The position numbers and the translations under genes are program-made. 64,000 bases of DNA, from assembly GCA_030264375.1 (NCBI GenBank), contig JASCQW010000027.1, forward strand, positions 84,205,363-84,269,362. Direction: 5' to 3'. The stretch is from Carcharhinus longimanus. Lineage: Eukaryota. This document shows, in pieces, positions 1 through 11,034 of the stretch; positions within the stretch are counted from its first letter, which is position 1; each line of letters opens with the position of its first letter. The notes beneath the pieces were generated by a model. That model searched no databases, was not told the DNA's origin, and worked only from the letters and a program-made list of their open reading frames with translations.

Positions 1-124
1 ACTTTTCATCTGTATTTTCAGTAAGTGAAGAGGTTAGCATGCCAGAGATCCCGAGAAAACTGACACTGATTCAGAGAGATGAACGTATTGAAACTAACAT
101 ATTAAAAAGTAATAAAGAAATGAA

Positions 125-772
125 TCCCACCAAAGAGTAACAAATCCTCAGGATCAAATTATTTCCATCCCAGGGTTTTAAATGAAGTAGATAAAAAAAC
201 CATTGCAGGATGTCCTAAATTCCAGCATTCTCTTGATTAATTTAGACTGGAGATTTGAATGTGCCACTTTGCAATTGAAAAAAATGTGAGTGAAAGTTAG
301 GGAATTCTGGACCATTAAGTCTAATATCTGTTGTTGGGAGATTGCTGACTATATAATTAAGGATAGAGTGACTGAACACCTTGAAAGTTTACAGCAGATC
401 AGAGAGAGCTAGCATGAATTAGAAAGGGTAGATCACACCTGATTAATCTGATTAAAGAGCTGATTGAAGTTGTGGTGGAACAAATGTCTACAGATGTTAT
501 TTATATAGACTTCCAGAACATTTGAGTCCCCCATAAGAGTTGGTTAATTAAAGTTGAAGTTCATGGAATTGAAGGGAAATTATTGACCTAGTTAGGAAAT
601 TGGCAGAGTAACAGGAGACAGAGAGTAGGAATATTAGGTAGATAGGATGTAAATAGTGTTGGGGCCTTGAAAACTCATTTTGATTAACTACATGGGATAG
701 AAAGCTGCATATCCAAATTTGTTAATGACACAATAGGCAGTATTATAAACAGCATAATTGGAAGCATAATAT
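125..772 (+). mobile_element. CR1-type LINE, degenerate RT region (5' part, interrupted by LTR-like insertion)
   Basis: gatgttatttatatagacttccag (DVIYIDFQ), catggaattgaaggg (HGIEG), tccaaatttgttaatgacac (SKF.DDT-like); continues at 3204. Confidence 0.85.
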
Positions 773-1195
773 TGTTATAACCAGCTGAGAAGGAATGAGC
801 TGGCTCCCCTTTCTATTCAACACCTTCAGCTGATCACAAAAAAAAATCGTTTAAAATTCTTTCCTCATGGATACCTTTTCCCGATTCAAATTTTTTTTAT
901 TATTAAGGAGCCCATTCAACCAGGTTTCAGAGTCAAAGAAAGAATAATTTCCTTAGTTATTAAAAACATGCACATCAGAAATAAAAAAGGCAAGAGTCTA
1001 AATAAAAGTTAAAAGAATATATGAATCAGTCCTTAGCTTGTCCATGAGACATAGTCATATGGTTGTAGACATTAAATTGGGTGATTTCAGTAGAGCTGAC
1101 ACTGGCAGATTCACAATCTGTTGGAGACAGTTTCCAGCTTGTTCCCAGAAGGGAGATTGTTACGTACAGACTAAGGATACGTAATCATAAGGTAG

Positions 1196-1320
1196 CTCTT
1201 TTAAGGCACCAATCAAATAAACAAACTCAAATTAACTTAGGGACAAATAAAAAAGGGGCAGCCCCCCAAAAAGGAAGGGAGGGACAGCCCGAACAAAAAA
1301 CCAAAGTCAAAATGAAACTT
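1196..1320 (-). mobile_element. Tx1-like LINE 3' UTR only (copy A)
   Basis: Homologous to the 3' UTRs of copies B and C; ends AAAAGAG on the minus strand, immediately followed by CTACCTTATGATTA. Confidence 0.7.
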
Positions 1321-1388
1321 TTTTTCTTTTTGCTGCCTTGTCCAATTGGATTCCAATCAGCAAAGGGTGGGATTGGGGACCCAGGTGT

Positions 1389-1712
1389 CTTTTAGGTCAA
1401 AGCAAATAGACAAACGCAAACTAAATTAGGACAAAGTTAAAGGGGCAGCTCCCCAAAAGGAAGAGGAACAGCCCAAACAAAAACAAAAGTACAAAAGGAA
1501 ACTTAAAACATTAAATCAAAATGTGGTTGTCGGGGCCTATGATGCACCCCAGCCCCTGCGGTGCCCAACGGGCACTGTTGATGTCTTCTGCGCCCGTGGA
1601 CACCGTATGCTCCCTCTTCGCGAATGTAACTGTGGTAGAGGAGCAGACAGTTAGGATGGATGATCCCGTAGATCGCCCACTGCCTGGACCCATTGATGGC
1701 ACGTTTAGCCAA
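1389..1712 (-). mobile_element. Tx1-like LINE, 5'-truncated (ORF2 C-terminus + 3' UTR, copy B)
   Basis: LAKRAINGSRQ...REHTVSTG...RWAPQGLGCIIGPDNHILI*; 14-bp frameshifting deletion relative to copy C. Confidence 0.75.
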
Positions 1713-1726
1713 TAATCGTAAGGTAG

Positions 1727-2070
1727 TTCTTTTAACGGCCCAACAAGTAAAACAAACTCAAATTAACTTAGGGACAAATTAAGAGGGGCAGCCCCCAAAA
1801 AAGGAAGGGGGGACGGCCCAAACAAAAAACAAAGTTGAAAGGAAACTTAAAACATTAAATCAAAGTGTGATTGTCGGGGTCTGTAATACACCCCAGCCCC
1901 TGCGGTGTCCAGCGGGCGCGGAAGGCGTCAACTGTGCCCATGGACACTGCATGCTCCCTCTCCAGGGACACCTGGCCACGAATGTAGCCGCGGTAATGAG
2001 GCAGACAGTCGGGATGGATGATCCTGTCGATCACACGCTGCCTGGACCTATTAATGGCGCATCTCGCCAA
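1727..2070 (-). mobile_element. Tx1-like LINE, 5'-truncated (ORF2 C-terminus + 3' UTR, copy C)
   Basis: Open frame 1855-2070 LARCAINRSRQ...VSLEREHAVSMGTVDAFRARWTPQGLGCITDPDNHTLI*, resembling vertebrate Tx1-clade ORF2 C-termini. Confidence 0.78.
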
Positions 2071-2324
2071 TAATCATAAGGTAGGCTTAGTAACTTGAGC
2101 ACTGGGGGAGACCTTTATTAAATGAGTACACCATTCCACAGACAGATCTTAGACTGCCCAACAAACTCCCACACTGGTAAGAGCTAATTGTCCAGGGGCC
2201 ACCTGACCCACACTTTTAAAGGGGTAGTCCAAACACCAGCAGACAATAAATACATATATCACAGAAATGACTTGGTTGTCTCTCCAGGGGTAACTGAAGA
2301 GGCTTTCCTGTTTGCTTTCTGCCT

Positions 2325-2630
2325 AGACAGCACAGACGCTACGACAACGGATGAATGAACATCGCTCGACAATCACCAGGCAAGACTGTTCCCTTCCTGT
2401 TGGCGAANNNNNNNNNNNNNNNNNNNNNNNNNNNNNNNNNNNNNNNNNNNNNNNNNNNNNNNNNNNNNNNNNNNNNNNNNNNNNNNNNNNNNNNNNNNNN
2501 NNNNNNNGACGAAGAGGGAAACCTCGAAAGCTTGTGCGTTTACTATCAAATAAATCGGTTGGACTAAAACCTGGTGTTGTCAGAATTTTTACTGTGTTTA
2601 CCCCAGTCCAACGCCGGCACATCCACATCA
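2325..2630 (+). mobile_element. Penelope-like element, 5'-truncated (GIY-YIG end + terminal repeat)
   Basis: TAQTLRQRMNEHRSTITRQDCSLPVGE resembles a GIY-YIG endonuclease; exact 12-bp TSD TGCTTTCTGCCT at 2313-2324 and 2631-2642. Confidence 0.85.
2508..2536 (+). ncRNA. Minimal type I hammerhead ribozyme motif (5' end lost in gap)
   Basis: (CT)GACGA-A-GAGG GAAA CCTC-GAAAGCTT-GTG: core boxes, GNRA-capped stem II, palindromic AAGCTT stem III. Confidence 0.7.
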
Positions 2631-3203
2631 TGCTTTCTGCCTGCCAGACAGCTTAGCTCCAGCAAGAGTCTGTTTGTTTCTGCAGTAGTAATTAGATTGA
2701 TGATTCTTCTTGCTCCTGTCACTCCCAAACACTGGTCAGAGCGCGGGGCGGGTGGGTGGGGAGGGGTGAATAGGCATATCTTGCAACTAAAGTCTGTTCT
2801 GCTTTCATCTTGGAAGTTAACTTTACACATTGAGATACAAATCATTAGAAGATGGATTTTTAGGTATCTGTTGAAATGTCAGAAATTACCTACATTGTTT
2901 TCCCAAACACAGGAGATAGAAGTCCAGCCTTTTGCATTTTCCATACCTTTGTTCCAGTGCCATTGCTCGGTAACTCTTCAGGTGAAAAATTCCATGTTAC
3001 CACAAATCAGGTCTGTCAGTATAATTGACTTAAATATTTTTAAGAAAGTGGTCATTTTACAGTATTGGCCATCTATTGATCAGAGTTTTTATTCATTATT
3101 TTCTTAAAATAAAGAGTCTTCTTTAAACAGTTCATTATTCACGTAATTAATTAGAAAAGTTGTCGGTGTATCTCATTCTTCCATTGTGTCCATTTTTGTG
3201 ACA

Positions 3204-4208
3204 AAATTATAAAGATATTGGTATATTAATATATGACCAAATAGATTTCAATGTAGGCAAACGTTTGGACATTCACATTGTGGCTAAAAGGGATCAAACA
3301 GTATGCTCCACTAAAAACAGTGGAAATCCAGCGACGTGGAGGTTTGGGTACATAAAACAGCTAGAGAAACTAAACAAAAATGCTGAAGGAATGCTGGCCT
3401 TTATATCGAGAGGATGAGAACTCAAGGGCAGTTGAAGTCATGCTTCAGTTTTCCTAAGCCGTGGTGAGATCACACCTGTGAGCTATTCTAGGCCCTACAT
3501 CTCAGGGAGAATAGGAGAATATCTTGGGCTTGGAGGGACTGCAACATCGATTTACTCAAATGATCTCTTGACTCCAAAGGTTAAATTACAAAGAAATATT
3601 ACACAAACTGGTATTTCCTGGTATTTAGAGTGTTAAGTACTAATTTGATATAAGATTTCAAGATCTTAAGGGAAATGGTAAGTTAGATGGAGAAACTATT
3701 TCATTAATTAGAGACTGTCGGGGTGGGGAGCATTGTCTAAATATTCAAACCAGACCTTTCAGGAGTGAAATTAGGAAAGATTTCTACACACAAAGGGCCA
3801 GATTTTGCAGTCCTATTGAGCGTGACCATCCCCCCCCCACCTCCCCCCACCGCCCCCTCCTGGCTAGTTTCCCAGCAGGTTGTTTAGTGAGCAACACAGA
3901 TTGCCATTGATTTCAGTGGGGGGCTAGAAGATCCCGCTGGCAACCAATGGGGATCCATCTTTGCTGCAGGAAAATCTCCTACTGGAGGGCTGGAAAATTC
4001 CTGCCAAAGGGTGCCAGAAGTTTGGAATTATCTTTTGTTCTTCCGCAAATGGCAATTGGTGTTTTATCAATTATTAATTTTAAACCCGAGAATGATTCAA
4101 AAGGTATTAAAGGATATCAGGTAAAAATGGACTCGATTGCGTTGCCATGATCTCAATGAATGGTAAAACTGGCTGGAAGGGCTAAATGGCCTGCTCCCAT
4201 TCTATGTC
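3204..4208 (+). mobile_element. CR1-type LINE 3' part (continuation of 125-772)
   Basis: atagatttcaatgtaggcaaa, atgctggcctttatatcgagagg, CR1 3' UTR gccatgatctcaatgaatgg...ggctaaatggcctgctcc. Confidence 0.85.
3795..4005. mobile_element. PIF/Harbinger-type MITE inserted in CR1
   Basis: Imperfect TIRs GGGCCAGATTTT / AAAATTCCTGCC, flanked by 3-bp AAA duplication. Confidence 0.65.
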
Positions 4209-4582
4209 CCCACATTCTCAGGACTCAGTTCCTGATTGCAAGGAAGGTCCCATAAATGGGGAGATGGTTGCAATCGTAGAGATGAATAGGAGTGGTGTTA
4301 AAATTTTGAAACCAGGTTGGCTTTGTGAGACAAGTGAAATAGTTTTTTCTTCGCCTGGCCTGTAAGCAGTGAATGAATCACACTAACATCTTCCATGCAG
4401 CTGTCCTCATCTCCCTTTAGCTCTCAGGTTTCCTGTGGCCCAGGAAATCTGACCAGCCGAGTTTAAACCTGGACTAGAGGCAGAAAGCCTCATGAAAATA
4501 TTTAAACAAGTAACTTGCCTTTTGCTTGTAGTTGGTTGCCAGGCATCTTTTCCTATTTCTGTTAAACTGGAAATGATTTGAT

Positions 4583-4790
4583 CTGATTTATTTTTGCCAC
4601 ACATATTAACATACAGTGAAAAATATTGTTTCTTGGGCAGACAAAATATACCGTTTATAGAGAAAGAAACAAGAGAGTGCAGAATGTAGTGTTATAGTCA
4701 TAGCTAGGGTGTAGAGAAAGATCAACTTAACACGAGGTAGGTCCATTCAAAGGTCTGACAGCAGCAGGGAAGCAGCTGTCCTTGGATGGT
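4583..4790 (-). mobile_element. Rex/Babar-like LINE 3' end
   Basis: Same sequence as 45540-45702 (gaatgtagtgttatagtcatagctagggtgtagagaaagatcaactt); family assignment inferred. Confidence 0.55.
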
Positions 4791-5648
4791 TTTGCAACAG
4801 TTTGGGTTCACATTTGAAACTGTAGAAATGACAGAGAGAGAGGCAATGGCCGAGAGCAGAGATGGGGAACAGCGAGCACCAACCGACTGAGTTTTAAACC
4901 TAACCTTACTGATTCTGGGTATTAAAATCCCCTTCTTTGTATCTCCATGGATCTAAGTCTCAACTCAAACTTAATATGTTAAGTTGGTGCCAACAGTTAT
5001 TTAATGAATGTAATATTTGTATTTTAATTTCTTTACTTCTTGCTCATGGTTTCTTTTGTAATTTTGATAAACACACCAGGCTGCAACCAGGACAGTGGGA
5101 ATTGATTGTGCCAACTCCTCGGAGGTCACCCACGAGTTCTGCAGCAGAGTGTCAGGTGAAGACTTTAACAGGGTAGTTTACAGAATAATCCTGATAGTCG
5201 TATATACAGAAAAGTTTGGTGTATTGGCAGGCCCGTCACATTGCCTGCTGTGACTGTCGAGGAGAATGGAGGAGTGTGGCTCAAACTTGGCATAGAGCTA
5301 TGCACAGAGCTTTCATTCCACCCTGGAACTCCAAAACAATTTGTAGATTCAAGCAAGATTTAACTTCCGATGATCGATGTCTCCATTATTAGCAGACACT
5401 CCCCAACATCTGAGGGTTTCAGTGGAAATTGCAGTTCAAGATCGTCACATCTCACTTTGCTATCACGCATGTTCACATCCTTACCATGAAGGCACGGGCT
5501 ACCAGGGGCTTTTAGGAATATTAAATCATCTAGTAATCCGTCCTCAGTCGATTAATTCAATTGTTGAGGCACTGCCCCTTCGGAGTAGCAGTGGCTCCCT
5601 GGAGCAGGAACTTGTTGCCCTCCCTCAACATTCATATACCAATGCAGA

Positions 5649-5978
5649 AACATAGAATCCGTAAAAGGCCATCGCATCTGCACTACTCTCTGAAAGAGTA
5701 CCTTACCCAAGTCCAAATCCCTATCCCCTGCCGACCTATCCCCATAACCCACGCATTACATCCTTTACACACTGTACTAAGGGGCAATTTAGCATGGCCA
5801 ATCCACCTACCCTGCACGTTTTTGGAATATGAGAGAAAACCAGAGCGCCTGGAGGAAACCCACACAGACACGGGGAGAACGTGCAAACCCCACACAGAAA
5901 GCACCCAAGGCTGGAATCCAACCCGGATCCCTGGCGCTGTGAGGCAGCAGTGCGAACCACTGTGCCACCATGCTGCCC
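5649..5978 (-). mobile_element. HE1-like V-SINE
   Basis: tRNA-derived head, V-domain (gtgggtttcctcc...ggccatgctaaattgcccctta), CR1-like tail. Confidence 0.9.
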
Positions 5979-5989
5979 TATTGCTTTAG

Positions 5990-7170
5990 CACCCCAGTCA
6001 CCTGCTCCACTATTCTTCACATGGAAACATGTCTTTCATCATATGCATGCTGGCCATGCATGGTTGGGATGTGAAAGGGAGTCATGAGTCAGACATGGAA
6101 GGGTGAATGTTCAACATTCAACAACCTCCCTCTCATTTGACACAGTGATTGAAAGATTTCTGGACCAGAGGATTGTCTCTGAATGAACACTTCAGGGCAA
6201 CTGCCAGGAGAGTGGGCATTCACTACTATGATGTGCTAAGCTCATAGCTGCAGATTCAGTGAGCAGTAATATTGAGATGCAGCATCCACAGAGCCATGTG
6301 AGTGCCCTCAATGACACCTTGAAGCATGGGAAAGCCCACGATCCTAACAAAGCTGTAGAAAAACTCTGACAATAGAAAACACAAGCCTTTATTCCTGGCT
6401 TAAAGAGCCTCTGTCACCCCCTGCTGTGACTATAAACAGCAAACTGGGAGATGATAAATATCTCATCTTGTAGCCCGGGAGGTTCATGATGTGAAAAAAA
6501 AAATTAGAAACAGTCAACTTCACAGAAACTGGCAGCACCATCCTCACCTTGCTATAAGGCTTCAGGGCTTTCCCAACAGCTGACAGAATTCCGTGAGCAC
6601 CTCCGTTGCGGATCACGTGATGATGAACACCGTGTTCCTGGCTTAGACAGAGGTAAGGTAAGGGCTCCTGGAAGATATTAGCTGGATAAGGCATCCTGTT
6701 GAGAGCCCTTCTCCTCCTCCTCCTTCCTCCCAGCTGCTCTATTTCCCTGTTTAGCTGCACGCCATGGAGAGGACGCTACCATTNNNNNNNNNNNNNTGCC
6801 CACAGGCAACTTACATTCACAACCTAAAACTTCTCACGTGCAGCATCATTCCCTGTAGACTTCACCAACTGTAAACTCCTCAAAATGCTCAGCCCTGCCT
6901 CTGACTCAGACTGAGCCAGTAGAATCAGAAATTAACTTGCAAGTTGCTGCAGATCCTCTCAAGTGGCACTGGTCGGGGTGAGCGGGGATGGAGGAGGCTC
7001 CATTATGGTGCTAAACGTATGGATAGTTGTGGATGTTTAAGGGAGGGAGTTACCTTGATTAGCAAGGTCCAAAATCAATGCTGCATTCTGACTGACTTCA
7101 AATTACAATCTGCTAACTCTGCAGTCTCCCAGCGTACATTTATAATGCCCAATATTTATGCCCGCAGCAA
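5990..7170 (-). mobile_element. PIF/Harbinger transposase remnant
   Basis: RRALNRMPYPANIFQEPLPYLCLSQEH...VLPVSVKLTV..FF resembles the N-terminus of HARBI1-like transposases; frameshifted and deleted. Confidence 0.7.
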
Positions 7171-7254
7171 ATTGACATTTGGTGCAAGTCATACAAGAAG
7201 TAAGTTCAAACAAGACTGACATCAAAAGGACACCAATGGACCTGAAATCCCTCT

Positions 7255-8368
7255 ATTCCTTGCATATTAATGTGCTTATCTAAAAGCCCCTTAAATGCCC
7301 TTATCGCTTCTGCCTACACCACCTCCCCTGGCAGTACGTTCCAGACACCTACCACTCTGTGTAAAAAAACTTGCACCTCACATCTCCTTTTGAACTTTTC
7401 CTCTCTCGCCTTAAGTGCACACCTCCTAGTATTAGACATTTCAACTCTGAGAAAAAGATTCTGACTATCAAGCCTATCTATGCCTCTCATAGTTTTATAG
7501 ACTTCTGTCAGGTTGCCCCTCAGCCTCTGCTGGTCCAGAGAAAACAACCCTAGTTTGGCTAGCCTCTCCTTTTAACTTATATCTTCTAATCCATTCAGCA
7601 GTAGTCTGGTAAACCTTTTCTGCACCCTGTCCAAAGCCTCCACATACTCCCTGTAATGTAGCGACAAGAATTGAATGCAAAAGTGTGGTCTAACCAAAGT
7701 TCTAAAAGCTGCAACATGACATCCTGACTCTTGTACTCAATGCCCTGACCAATAAAGGCAAGCATTCTACATGCCTTCTTTATCACCCTATCTACTGGTG
7801 CGGCCACTTTCAGAGAGCTATGGATTTGAACCCCAAGATCTCTCTGTACATCAATACTGTTCAAGGTCTTGCCATTAACTTACTTACCCTTAACATTTGA
7901 TCTCCCAAGATGCAGCACCTCACACTTGCCCAGATCAAGTTCCAAGTGCCATTTCTCTGCCCATATCTGCAAATGATCTATATCCCACTGTATCCTTTGA
8001 CAACCTTCTACACTATCCATAACTCCTCCTCTTTTTGTGTTGTCTGCAAACTTACTAACCCACCCATTTACTAGTCATCCTAGTCATTTATATATATATC
8101 ACAAACAGCAGAGGTCCCAATATGGATCCCTGCAGAACACCACTAGTCACGGACCTCCAGCCAGAAAAACATTCACCACGACTCTCTGACTTCTATGAGC
8201 AAGCCAGTTCTGAGTCCAAACGGCCAAGTCACCATGGATCCCACGCATCTTAATCTTCTGGATGAGCCTACCATGAGGGACCTTGTCGAAAACCTTATTA
8301 AAATCCATGAACACAACATCCAACACCCCACCCTTATCGGTCACCTCCATCACCTTCTCGAAAAAAAT
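7255..8368 (-). mobile_element. CR1/HER1 LINE fragment (RT and 3' region)
   Basis: DVVFMDFNKVFDKVPHGRLIQKIKMRGIHG, QRDLGVQIHSSLK, RLRGNLTEVYKTMRG. Confidence 0.93.
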
Positions 8369-9204
8369 CAAACAAACTTTCTATCAAAGTTAAAAGTTGT
8401 TTGAAGCTTTTCATGGCTATGGTCATAATATTGAAAAATACACATGTATAGTTACACCATGTAATCTTTTGCCCTGAAAAGAACACTTGTTATATTTAAA
8501 GATTTTCTTGGAAGAACTGATAGACCTTAATATTTCAGACAGCATATTGTGCCCATTGTCTGGAAGAGTGACTAGAAAAGGTGAAGGAAGTAGTTATATA
8601 TTGTTGACAATGGCAATATTGCTGGGATCCTCTTACTGATTGGTCAGGTTTTTGTCTTTGTAATATGTCAGTTGGTGTTAATATTCTTGCTGTGTACAAT
8701 AGATGATCGTATGTTCTTTGAGTAAGAATAGCCAGATGTCATTGATGAGAAAACCATTGCGGGAGGGTGTGGATTTGAAGGATCTCCATAGTCGCACTGC
8801 CTACTGTGGGATAACAGGCCGTAGCCAACTGAATTCACCAAACCTTCTTCATACACACTGAATGGGACAAGTCGGCTATTGGCAATCATGCTCAACTTTA
8901 TACACAATAGTCCAACTTACTCATCCATCATACATTGGCATACAAGACACATCAGGAATGTTATGTGTGCATTAGATGTGATCATGGTTCACTGCTGATA
9001 GTGGAGAAACAGTAATATCTTGTAAGTTAGAGCTACTTAGTTCAAGTTCCAACTCTCCCATGTTCAAAATATTGCATTAACTTCCTAAACATTTATGTAT
9101 TCCACTTGAATTTTCACAAAACTGATTTAAGTGGTAAGTCTGTTGTTTGTCTTTTAATTCTAATGGTTCAGTATATTTTACAATACATTTTTAGGGAAGT
9201 CTAA

Positions 9205-9752
9205 AATGACTCTGTTTGTCAGAACTTAAACAAAACATTAGTTGGATCTCAGCTGGAATATTGTGAATAGTTCTAGGTACCACACTGTAGAAAAGATGTA
9301 AATGCATTGGAGAGAGTGCAGAAGAGGTTTACAGGAATGGTTTCAGGGTTGAAAAACTGCAGTTATGAGGATAGATTGACGAGGTTGGGATTGTTCCTCT
9401 TGAAGAGAAGACTTAAAGAAGATTTGAAAGAGATGTTCAAAATCATGAAGGGGCTGTACAAAGTAGATAGAGAGAAACTGGAAATGAACAAGAAGGCACA
9501 GGTTTAAGGTGATTTTCAGTAGAAGCAAAATGTTCACATAATAAGTCTGGGATACACTGCCTGGAAGTATGGTGGAGGCAGTTCAATCAAGACTTTCAAG
9601 AGGCCATTAGATGATTATTTGAATGGAAATAACGTGCAGGGGTACTGGGAAATGACAGCAGACATTAAATCATGATGCTTGTTTGGAGAACCAGTGCAGA
9701 CACAATGGGCTGAATGGTCTCCTTCTGCACTGTAACAATTCTGTGATTCTGT
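9205..9752 (+). mobile_element. CR1 LINE 3' fragment
   Basis: LERVQKRFTGMVSGLKNCSYEDRLTRLGLF; tail caattctgtgattctgt. Confidence 0.9.
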
Positions 9753-9811
9753 CTGTCACTCACATTTTTGTACTGAGTTCTCTTTAACTGTTCTGGTCTT
9801 TAACGTGAGAA

Positions 9812-10303
9812 TGGATCCAGTTTTCTCCAGAGATTTTATACGAATTGTCATTCATAGGACGTGAAGTAGGGAAAGACGTCTGCACACAGATCTCCAGCAG
9901 GAGGCACTGCATGTAGGACAATGCCAGGGAAAGCATGAGTATCAATAGGAGGTTGAGGAGCAGAGACCCAGACTGGAAGTCGAAACTACAACATCAGTCG
10001 GAACGCAGAGGGACTGCTCCATTGTATGCTCTGCTGTGACGTGTGACTGCTGAGACTCTGCCCGATATTCCACTGCCTCCCTCTTCACCTCCACCAGTGA
10101 GCTGGCAGCTGCTTCCAGACGCTCATCATCTACCTAGGGCAGAGCAGGTGGCTGATATCCAGCAGTCTCCTGAGTGCCGAAGACTTGGGCTATCCCTGTC
10201 TCTGACTGCTGTGGGGCATGTGAGTGAGGTGTTCTCCAGAAAGTGATCCTGAATCTAACCCGATCCTGAATTTAACACAGTCTCAAAATGGGAGAAATCT
10301 ACC
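9812..10303. mobile_element. Harbinger-derived non-autonomous remnant
   Basis: Degenerate termini ggatccagttttctcc / gggagaaatctaccc. Confidence 0.35.
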
Positions 10304-10719
10304 CATGGTCCATCCTCCCTCTAGCCCAATGCCACTAAAGTCATTTGAAACAGCTTCACTGCCATCCTATCTGAGTGGAATGAACACAGCAAAGATCAGA
10401 CGCTAGAGGTTTTCTCTATCTATTTAACTAACTTCCATTCTGAGGGCAGTATCATCGAATGTGTCCTCAGAGAAAAAGATTTCTAAAATTAATCCTGTGT
10501 CAAAAAAGCAATCAAATAATAATTAAGATGAAATCCAAAGGTTCAGTATCATGGAGGAGGCTAGGAAACTAAAGATAATTCAAGTTTTTGCAGTATTTTT
10601 TCATATTGAATTACTGCTGAATGTTTTGTTGTATTTATCTCAAGTAACAAACTCAGGCGCATTAAATTAATTCAAAGATTCAGTTCTCCTTGGCTGACAA
10701 ATTAGTTTAATTAAGCTTA

Positions 10720-10812
10720 ACTCAGTAATTCTCTGAGTCAAAATGGTTTTGGGTTCTAAATTCAGCTCCAGAGACTTGTGCCCATAATTCAAGCTGACAC
10801 TTCAGTGTACTA
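10720..10812 (+). mobile_element. SacSINE1/Deu-type SINE head fragment
   Basis: ctctgagtcaaaatggttttgggttc...ctccagagacttgtgcccataattcaagctgacacttcagtg. Confidence 0.55.
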
Positions 10813-11034
10813 GAAAGAAAGAGCTCCCATTTATCAAATACTTCAACACATCCACACAGAGAACTGGATTCACCAATCAACTAAGTTCAAGTATTAACAA
10901 ATGATTTGTGGCGTTTACAGCCTCCTGGATTACTTTTGATGTGTAAGTATTATTGTGATATAGGGAGGTGTAGCAGTGAATTCAGCACAACAAAATCCCA
11001 CCAGACAGCAAATGAATGAATGAGCTGAGAATTT

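Larger units (their letters stand above)
1158..2295 (-). mobile_element. Short solo LTR-like element B hosting the Tx1 array
   Basis: TGTTAC...GTAAC(T) inverted termini; minus-strand AATAAA near 2113; about 250 bp after removing the Tx1 array; TSD not resolvable. Confidence 0.45.
773..3203. mobile_element. LTR-like element (solo LTR A) inserted in CR1, itself carrying nested insertions
   Basis: Starts TGTTATAA and ends TGTGACA; CR1 sequence stops and resumes at these edges; possible 4-bp TSD ATAT/AAAT. Confidence 0.6.

Noticed and set aside
1182-2084. CRISPR-like repeat-spacer array
   Set aside because: The repeat is only 14 bp, the spacers are hundreds of bp and homologous to each other, there are no cas genes, and the context is vertebrate
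2574-3107. 177-aa plus ORF
   Set aside because: It crosses a Penelope/LTR junction and has no protein-like motif
6389-6760. Domesticated HARBI1-like gene
   Set aside because: Frameshifted and internally deleted, with no intact DDE domain
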